64,000 nt of DNA, taken from the NCBI RefSeq assembly GCF_009914755.1, contig NC_060933.1, one strand, 5' to 3'. The position numbers were made by a program, and so were the translations under genes. Source of the DNA: the human T2T-CHM13v2.0 reference genome, Homo sapiens. Under the pieces are notes generated by a model, which was given only the letters and a program-made list of their open reading frames with translations, did no database searches and was not told the DNA's origin. This document shows positions 55,060 to 64,000 of this stretch, piece after piece. Within the stretch, counting starts at the first letter, position 1; every line of letters begins with the position of its first letter.

Positions 55060-57545
55060 GGAAGTAAATGGAATGGAATGGAATGAACCCGAGTGCAGGG
55101 GAATGGAATGGAATGGAATGGAATGGAATGGAATGCAGTGGAATGGAATCAAACCTAGTGCAATTGAATGGAATGGAATGGAATGGAATGGAATGGAATG
55201 GAATGGAATGGATTCAACCCAAATGGAATGGAAAGCAATGGAATCAACCCGAGTGGAATGGCATGGAATGGAATGGAATGGAATGGAATGGAATGGAATG
55301 GAATGGTACGGAATAAAATGGAATGGAACGAAATGGAATGGAATGGAATGGAATGGAACGGAATGGAATGGAATCATTCCGAGTGGAATAGAAGGGAATG
55401 AATTCGAGTGGAATGGAAAGGAATGGAATCAACCAGAGTGGAATGGAAGGGAATGGAATGGAATGGAAACTAATAAAATGGAATCAACACGAGTGGAATG
55501 GAATGGAAAGGACTTGAATGGAATGGAATGGAATGGAATGGAATCAAGTCCATTGCAATGGAATGTAATGGAATGGAGTGGAATGGAATTAACGCGAATA
55601 GAATGGAATGGAATGGAGTGGAATGGAATGGAATGGAATGGAATGGAATGGAATGGAATGGAATCAACCTGAGTGCAGGGGAATGGAATGCAATGGAATG
55701 CAATGGAACGCAATGGAATGGAATGGAATGGAATGGAATCAAAGCGAGTGCAGGGGAATGGAATGTAATGGAATGCAATGGAATGGAATCTTCCGGAATG
55801 GAATGGAAAGGAATGGAATCAACCCGAGTGCAATGGAATGGAGAGGAATGGAATGGAAACTACCCGAATGGAATGGAATGTAATGGAGTGTAAGGGAATT
55901 GAATAGAATCAATCCGAATGTAATGGAATGGAATGGAACGGAATGGAATGGAATGGAATGGAATGGAATGGAATGGAACGGAATGGAACGGAATGGAATG
56001 GAATGGAATGGTATGGAATGGAATGGAATGGAATCAACCCGAGTGCAATGGAATGGAGTGGAATGGAATGGAATGGAATGGAACAACCCGAATGGAATGG
56101 AATGGAATGGAGAGTAAGAGAGTTGAATAGAATCAGTCCGAATGTAATGGAATGGAATGCAACGGAATGGAATGGAATGGAATGGAATGGAATGGAATGA
56201 AATGGAATGGAATCAACCCGAGTACAATGGAATGGAATGGAATGGAATGGAATGGAATGGAACGGAATGGAATGGAATGCCTTCAAACCGAATGGAATGG
56301 AAAGGAATGGAATCAACAAGAGTGGAATGGAATGGAATGGAATGGAAAGGAATGGAATGGAATGGAATGGTACGGAATAGTATGGAATGGAAGGAAATGG
56401 AATGGAATGGAATGGAATGGAATGGAAAGGAATGGAATGGAATCGTTCCGAGTGGAATAGGAGGGAATGTATTCGAGTGGAATGGAAAGGAATGGAATCA
56501 ACCAGAGTGGAATGGAAGGGAATGGAATGGAATGGAAACTAATAGAATGGAATCAACCCGAGTGGAATGGAATGGAAAGGACTGGAATGGAATGGAATGG
56601 AATGATCAACTCGATTGTAATAGAATGGAATGGAATGGAATGGAATGGAATGAAATGGCATGGAATGGAATTAACTCGAATACAATGGAATGGAATGGAA
56701 TGCAAGGGAATGGAGTGGAATGGAATGGAATCAACCCGAGTGCAGGGAAATGGAATGGAATGGAATGCAATGGAATGGAATCATCCGGAATGGAATGGAA
56801 TGGAATGGAATGCAAAGCAATGGAATCAACTCGATTGCAATGGAATGGAATGGAATGGAAAGGAATAGAATGGAATCAACCCGAGTGGAATGGAATGGAA
56901 AGGACTGGAATGGAGTGGAATGGAATGGAATGGAATGGAATGGAATCAACTCGATTGGAATGGAATGGAATGGAATGGAATGGAATGGAATGGAATCAAC
57001 TCGATTGCAATCGAATGGAATGGAATGGAATTAACCCGAATAGAATGGAATGGAATGGAATGGAACTGAACGGAATGGAATGGAATGGAATGGAATGGAA
57101 TGGAATGAAATGGAACGGAACGGAACGGAACGGAACGGAATGGAATGGAATGGAATGGAATGGAATGGAATCAACGCGAGTGCAGGGGAATGGAATGGAA
57201 TGGAATGCAATGGAATGGAATCTTCCGGAATGGAATGGAATGGAATGGAATGGAATGAAATGCAATGGATTCAACTCGATTGCAATGGAATGGAATGGAA
57301 TGGAATGGAATGAAATGCAATGGATTCAACTCGATTGCAATGGAATGGAATAGATTGGAATGGAATGGAATGGAATGGAATGGAATGGAATGGAATGGAA
57401 TGGAATTAAACCGAATAGAATGGAATGGAATGGAATGGAACGGAATGGAACGAAATGGAATGGAATGGAATGGAATGGAATGGAATGGTATGGAATGGAA
57501 TGGAATGGTACGGAATAGAATGGAATGGAACGAATTGTAATGGCA
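55060..57545 (+). repeat. Dispersed copy of about 34050-37290 spanning the same B-to-A junction (offset about 21.0 kb, falling to about 20.2 kb)
   Basis: Shared GAATTC sites at 34399 and 55400, CAAGTC(G/C)ATTGC, GTAAGAGAGTTG, CAGTCCG, GCCTTCAAACCG, CAACAAGAG, and a shared 55-bp mini-duplication. Confidence 0.85.
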
Positions 57546-60500
57546 TGGAATGGAATGGAATGCAATGGAATGGAATCAACCCGAGTACAATGGAATGGAA
57601 TGGAAAGGAATGGAATGGAATGGAATGGAATGGAATGGAATGGAATCAACCCGAGGGCAATGGAATAGAGAGGAAAGGAATGGAATGGAATGGAAACTAC
57701 CAGAATGGCATGGAATGTAATGAAGTGTAAGGGAATTGAATAGAATCAATCCGAATGGCATGGAATGTAATGGAACGGAATGTAATGTAATGGACTGGAA
57801 TGGAATCAACCCGAGTGCAGGGGAATGGAATGGAATGGAATGCAATGGAATGGAATCATCCGGAATGGAATGGAATGGAATGGAATGGAATCAACCCGAG
57901 TGCAAAGGAATGGAGTGAAATGGAATGGAATGGAATGGAAACAACCAGAATGGATTGGAATATAATGGAGTGTAAGGGAATTGAATAGAATCAATCTGAA
58001 TGTATTGAAATGGAATGGAACGGAATGGAATGGAATGGAATGGAATGGAATGGAATGGAATGCAATGGAATGGAATCAACCCGAGTGCAATCGAATGGAA
58101 TCGAATGGAATGGAATGCAATGGAATGGATTCAACTTGAATGGAAAGGAAAGAATGGAATCAACACGAGTGGAATGGCATGGATTGGAATGGAATGGAAT
58201 GGAATCAACCCGAGTACAGGAGAATGGAATGGAATGGAATGCAATGGAATAGAATCATCCGTAATAGAATGGAAAGGAATGGAATGGAATGGAATGGAAT
58301 GGAATGGAATGGAATGGAATGGAATCAACTCGATTGCAATCGAATGGAATGGAATGGAATTAACGCGAATAGAATGGAATGGAATGGAATGGAACGTAAA
58401 GGAAGGGAATGGAATGGAACGGAAAGGAATGGAATGGAATGGAATGGAATGGAATGGAATGGAATGGAATGGAATCAACCCGAGTGCAGGGGAATGTAAT
58501 GGAACGGAATGCAATGGAATAGAATCATCCGGAATGGAATGGAATGGAATGGAATGCAAAGCAATGGAATCAACTCGATTGCAATGGAATGGAATGGAAT
58601 GGAAAGGAATAGAATGGAATCAACCCGAGTGTAATGGAATGCAAAGGACTGGAATGGAGTGGAAAGGAATGGAATGGAATGGAATGGAATGGAATGGAAT
58701 GGAATTAACCCGAATAGAATGGAATGGAATGGAATGGAACGGAATGGAATGGAATGGAATGGAATGGAATGGAATGGAATGCAATCAACCCGACTGCAGG
58801 GGAATGGAATGGAATGGAATGGAATGGAATGGAATGGAATCATCCGGAATGGAATGGAATGGAATGGAATGGAATCAACTCGATTGCAATGGAATGGAAG
58901 GGAATGGAATGGAATCGAATGTAATGGAATGGAATTAACCGGAATAGAATGGAATGGAATGGAATGGAATGGAATGGAATGGAATGGAATGGAATGGAAT
59001 GGAATCAACCCGAGTGCAGGGGAATGGAATGGAATGGAATGCAATAGAATGGAATCATCCGGAATGGAACGGAATGGAATGGAATGCCATCAACCTGATG
59101 CAATGGAATGGAGTGGAATGGAATGGAATGGAATGGAAACATCCCGAATGGAATGGAATGTAATGGAGTGTAAGGGAATTGAATAGAATCAATCCGAATG
59201 TAATGGAATGGAATGGAATGAAATGGAACGGAATGGAATGGAATGGAATCAACCCGAGTGCAATGGAATGGATTCGAATGGAATGGAATGGAATGGAATG
59301 GATTCAACAAGAATGGAATGGAAAGGAATGGATTCAACCCGAGTGTAATGGCATGGAATGGAACGGAATGGAATGGGATGGAATAGAATGGTACGGAATA
59401 GAATGGAATGGAATGAAATGGAATGGAATGGAATGGAATGGAATGGAATGGAATGGAATGGAATGAACCCGTGTGCAATGGAATGGAATGGAATGGAATG
59501 GATTCAACTCGAATGGAATCAACTCGATTGCAATGGAATGGAATGGAATGGAAAGGAATAGAATGGAATCAACCCGAGTGGAATGGAATGGAAAGGACTG
59601 GAATGGAGTGGAATGCAATGGAATGGAATTAACCCGAATAGAATGAAATGGAACGGAATGGAACGGAATGTAATGCAAAGGAATCGAATGGAATCATCCC
59701 GAGTGCAGGGGAATGGAATGGAATGGAATGCAATGCAATGGAATCATCCGGAATGGAATGGAATGGAATGGAATGGAATGGAATCAACTCGATTTCAATG
59801 GAATGGAATGGAATAGAATGGAATGGAATTAACACGAATAGAATGGAGTGGAATGGAATGGAATGGAATGGAATGGAATGGAATGGAATCAACCCGAGTG
59901 CAATGGAATGGAGAGGAATGGAATGGAATGGAATGGAAACTACCCGAATGGAATGGAATGGAATGGAGTGTAAGGGAATTGAATAGAATGAATCCGAATG
60001 GAATGGAATGGAATGGAAAGGAATGGAATGGAATGGAATGGAATGCAATGCCATGGAATCAACCCGAGTGCAATCGAATGGAATCGAATGGAATCGAATG
60101 AAATGGAATGCAATGGAATGGATTCAACTAGAATGGAATGGAAAGAATGGAATCAACACGAGTGGAATGGCATGGATTGGAATGGAATGGAATGGAATCA
60201 ACCCGAGTAGAGGGGAATGGAATGGAATGGAATGAAATGGAATGGAATCATACGTAATGTAATGGAAAGGAATGGAATGGAATGGAATGGAATGGAATGG
60301 AATGGAATGGAATGGAATCAACTCGATTGCAATCGAATGGAATGGAATGGAATTAACCCGAATAGAATGGAATGGAATGGAATGGAATGGAACGGAACGG
60401 AATGGAATGGAATGGAATGGAATGGAATGGAATGGAACGGATCGGAATGGAATGGAATGGAATGGAATGGAATCAACGCGAGTGCAGGGGAATGGAATGG

Positions 60501-63500
60501 AATGGAATGCAATGGAATGGAATCTTCCGGAATGGAATGGAATGGAATGCAATGGATTCAACTCGATTGCAATGGAATGCAATAGAATGGAATGGAATGG
60601 AATGGAATGGAATTAACCCGAATAGAATGGAATGGAATGGAATGGAAAGGAACGGAACGGAACGGAACGGAACGGAACGGAACGGAACGAAATGGAATGG
60701 AATGGAATGGAATTGTATGGAATGGAATGGAATGGTACGGAATAGAATGGAATGGAAAGAATTGGAATGGAATGGAATCGAATGGAATGGAATGGAATGG
60801 AATGGAATCAACCCGAGTGCAGGGGAATGTAATGGAACGGAATGTAATGGAATGGAATAATCCGGAATGGAATGGAATGGAATGGAATGGAATGGAATGG
60901 AATGGAATGGAATCAACCCGAGTGCAATGGAATGGAGTGGAATGGAATGGAATGAAATGGAACAACCCGAATGGAATGGAATGTAATGGAGAGTAAGGGA
61001 GTTGAATAGAATCAATCCGAATGTAATGGAATGGAATGGAACGGAATGGAATTGAATGGAATGGAATGGAATGCAATGGAATGGTATCAACCCGAGTGTA
61101 ATGGAATGGAGAGGAATGGAATGGAATGGAATGGAAACTACCCGAATGGAATGGAATGTAATGGAGTGTAAGAGAATTGAATAGTATCAATCCGAATGTA
61201 ATGGAATGGAATGGAACGGAATGGAATGGAATGCAATGGAATGGAATGGAATGGAATGGAATCGTTCCGAGGGGAATAGGAGAGAATGTATTCGAGTGGA
61301 ATGGAAAGGAATTGAATCAACCAGAGTGGAATGGAAGGGAATGGAATGGAATGGAAACTAATAGATTAGATTGGAATCAACCCGAGTGGAATGGAATGGA
61401 AAGGACTGAAATGGAATGGAATGGAATGGAATGGAATCAACTCGATTGTAATGGAATGGAATGGAATGGAATGGAACGGAATGGAATGGAATTAACCCGA
61501 ATACAATGGAATGGAATGGAATGGAATGGAATGGAATGGAACGGAATGGAGTGGAATGGAATGGATTCAACCCGAGTGCACGGGAATGGAATGGAATGGA
61601 ATGCAATGGAATGGAATCATCCGCAATGGAATGGAATGGAATGGAATGCAAAGCAATGGAATCAACTCGATTGCAATGGAAAGGAATGGAATGGAAAGGA
61701 ATAGAATGGAATCAACCTGATTGGAATGGAATGGAAAGGACTGGAATGGAGTGGAATGGAATGGAATGGAATGGAATGGAATGCAATGGAATGGTATGGA
61801 ATGGAATGGAATGGTACGGAATAGAATGGAATGGAACGTATTGTAATGGAATGGAATTCAATGGAATGGAATGGAATGGAATGGAATCAACGCGAGTGCA
61901 GGGGAATGTAATGGAACGGAATGCAATGGAAAGGAATCATCCGGAATGGAATGGAATGGAATGGAATGGAATGGAATGCAATGGAATGGAATCAACCAGA
62001 GTACAATGGAACGGAATGGAATGGAATGGAATGGAATGGAATGGAATGGAATGGAATGGAATGGAATGGAATCAACCCGAGTGCAATGGAATAGAGAGGA
62101 ATGGAATGGAATGGGATGGAAACTACCCGAATGGAATGGAATGTAATGGAGTGTAAGGGAATTGAATAGAATCAATCCGAATGGAATGGAATGGAATGGA
62201 ACGGAATGTAATGGAATGGAATGGAATGGAATCAACCCGAGTGCAGGGGAATGTAATGGAATGGAATGCAATGGAATGGAATCATCCGGAATGGAATGGA
62301 ATGGAATGCAATGGAATGGAATCAACCCGAGTACAATGGAATGGAATGGAATGGAATGGAATGGAATGGAATGGAATGGAATGTCTTCAAACCGAATGGA
62401 ATGGAAAGGAATGTAATCAACACGAGTGGAATGGAATGGAATGGAATGGAATGGAATGGAATGATACGGAATAGAATGGAATGGAACGAAATGGAATCGA
62501 ATGGAATGGAATGGAATGGAATGGAATGGAATCGTTCCGAGTGGAATAGGAGGGAATGTATTCGAGAGGAATGGAAAGGAATGGAATCAGCAGAGAGGAA
62601 TGGAAGGGAATGGAATGGAATGGAAACTAATAGAATGGAATCAACCCGAGTGGAATGGAATGGAAAGGACTAGAATGGAATGGAATGGAATGGAATGGAA
62701 TCAACTCGATTGTAATGGAATGGAATGGAATGGAATGGAATGGAATGGAATGGAATGGAATGGAATTAACCCGAATACAATGGAATGGAATGGAATGCAA
62801 CGGAATGGAGTGGAATGGAATGGAATCAACCCGAGTGCAGGGGAATGCAATGGAATGGAATGCAATGGAATGGAGTCATCCGGAATGGAATGGAATGGAA
62901 TGGAATGCAAAGCAATGGAATCAACTCGATTTCAATGGAATGGAATGGAATGGAAAGGAATACATTGGAATCAACCCGAGTGGAATGGAATGGAAAGGAC
63001 TGGAATGGAGTGGAATGGAATGGAATGGAATGGAATGGAATCAACTCGATTGGAATGGAATGGAATGGAATGGAATGGAATGGAATGGAATTAACCCGAA
63101 TAGAATGGAATGGAATGGAATGGAACGGAACGGAACGGAATGGAATGGAATGGAATGGAATGGAATGGAATAGAATCAACCAGACTGCAGGGGAATGGAA
63201 TGGAATGGAATGCAATGGAATGGATTCAACTTGAATGGAATGGAAAGAATGGAATCAACACGAGTGGAATGGCATGGATTGGAATGGAATGGAATGGAAT
63301 CAACCCGAGTACAGGGGAATGGAATGGAATGGAATGCAATGGAGTGGAATCATCCGTAATGGAATGGAAAGGAATGGAATGGAATGGAATGGAATGGAAT
63401 GGAATCAACTCGATTGCAATCGAATGGAATGGAATGGAATTAACCCAAATAGAATGGAATGGAATGGAATGGAATGGAATGGAATGGAATGCCTTTAAAC

Positions 63501-64000
63501 CGAATGGAATGGAAAGGAATGGAATCAACACGAGTGGAATGGAATGGAATGGAATGGAATGGAATGGAATGGAATGATACGGAATAGAATGGAATGCGAC
63601 GAAATGGAATGGAATGGAATGGAATGCAATGGAATGGAATCGTTCCGAGTGGAATAGGAGGGAATGTATTCGAGTGGAATGGAAAGGAATGGAATCAACC
63701 AGAGTGGAATGGAAGCGAATGGAATGGAATGGAAACTAATAGAATGGAATCAACCCGAGTGGAATGGAATGGAAAGGACTGGAATGGAAAGGAATGGAAT
63801 GGAATGGAATGGAATGGAATGGAATGGAATGGAATGGAATGGAATCAACGCGAGTGCAGGGGAATGGAATGGAATCGAATGGAATGGAATGGAATGGAAT
63901 GGAATCAACCCGAGTGCAGGGGAATGTAATGGAACGGAATGCAATGGAATGGAATCATCCGGAATGGAATGGAATGGAATGGAATCAACCCGAGTGCAAT
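55736..64000 (+). repeat. HSat3 dialect A, domain A3 (more diverged, with a short B-like island)
   Basis: A markers CGTTCCGAG (56444, 61263, 62533, 63641), TCTTCCGG, GATTCAACTTG and GGAATACATTGG, with more private substitutions at 58-62 kb. Confidence 0.8.

Larger units (their letters stand above)
39891..55735 (+). repeat. HSat3 dialect B, domain B2
   Basis: B markers resume at GAACCCGTGTGC (39902) and persist to about 55.7 kb. Only two pentamer-register slips in about 16 kb. Confidence 0.82.
1..64000 (+). repeat. Satellite III (HSat3-type) pericentromeric/acrocentric array, (GGAAT)n on the + strand; continues past both window edges
   Basis: Dominant tandem GGAAT pentamer throughout, interrupted every few tens of bp by CAACCCGAGT, CAACTCGATT, CAACACGAGT and TTAACCCGAA decamers, the classical Sat III signature. 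It lacks the dense CATTCGATTC/ATCATCGAATG pattern of HSat2. No strand switch. Confidence 0.98.

Noticed and set aside
246-60865. TAATCC (K50 homeodomain) motifs in TTAATCCGAATAG and TAATCCGG variants
   Set aside because: Few copies, each one substitution from a common satellite motif, and a 6-mer carries too little information.
1-64000. CRISPR-like repeat/spacer reading of the markers separated by GGAAT runs
   Set aside because: There are no unique spacers, no constant repeat length and no cas genes. This is eukaryotic satellite DNA.
1-64000. HSat2, alpha satellite or CENP-B boxes; Alu, L1 or other insertions; inversions
   Set aside because: No 171-bp monomer, no HSat2 CATTCGATTC/ATCATCG density, no non-pentamer tract beyond a few tens of bp, and no CATTC runs on the + strand.
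1-64000. Assignment to a named locus or subfamily (e.g. DYZ1, D15Z1, chr9 HSat3)
   Set aside because: There is no regular 3.6-kb unit and only one clean 1.8-kb interval. Assignment needs k-mer classification or alignment, which I cannot run.
1-64000. EWS-FLI1 GGAA microsatellite, G-quadruplex, or SCA31-type pathogenic expansion
   Set aside because: GGAA units are separated by T rather than contiguous. G-runs of three or more are isolated. The array is interrupted and degenerate, not a pure intronic (TGGAA)n insertion.

Overview
The whole 64 kb is one uninterrupted, single-orientation array of primate satellite III (human HSat3-type). It is (GGAAT)n on the + strand and (CATTC)n on the - strand, punctuated in register by the diagnostic decamers CAACCCGAGT, CAACTCGATT and TTAACCCGAA. 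I see no genes, transposons, alpha satellite or unique sequence. Every ORF in the track is an artefact of translating a 5-bp repeat (poly-WNGME or poly-FHSIP). The real information is architectural. Two sequence dialects alternate as A (1-17.75 kb), B (17.75-34.7), A (34.7-39.9), B (39.9-55.7), A (55.7-64). They are built from nested duplications with periods or offsets of about 55, 90, 95, 220, 260, 550, 760-780 and 870 bp, and about 6.5-7, 8, 12.5 and 21 kb. The best functional lead is that about 21 perfect three-unit heat-shock elements (gGAAt-cTTCc-gGAAt) occur only in the A domains, while telomere-like TAACCCTAA sites occur only in the B domains. Coordinates and counts were read by eye, so boundaries are approximate (about +/-50-100 bp). 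Chromosome, subfamily and even species (human or another great ape) cannot be fixed without alignment.
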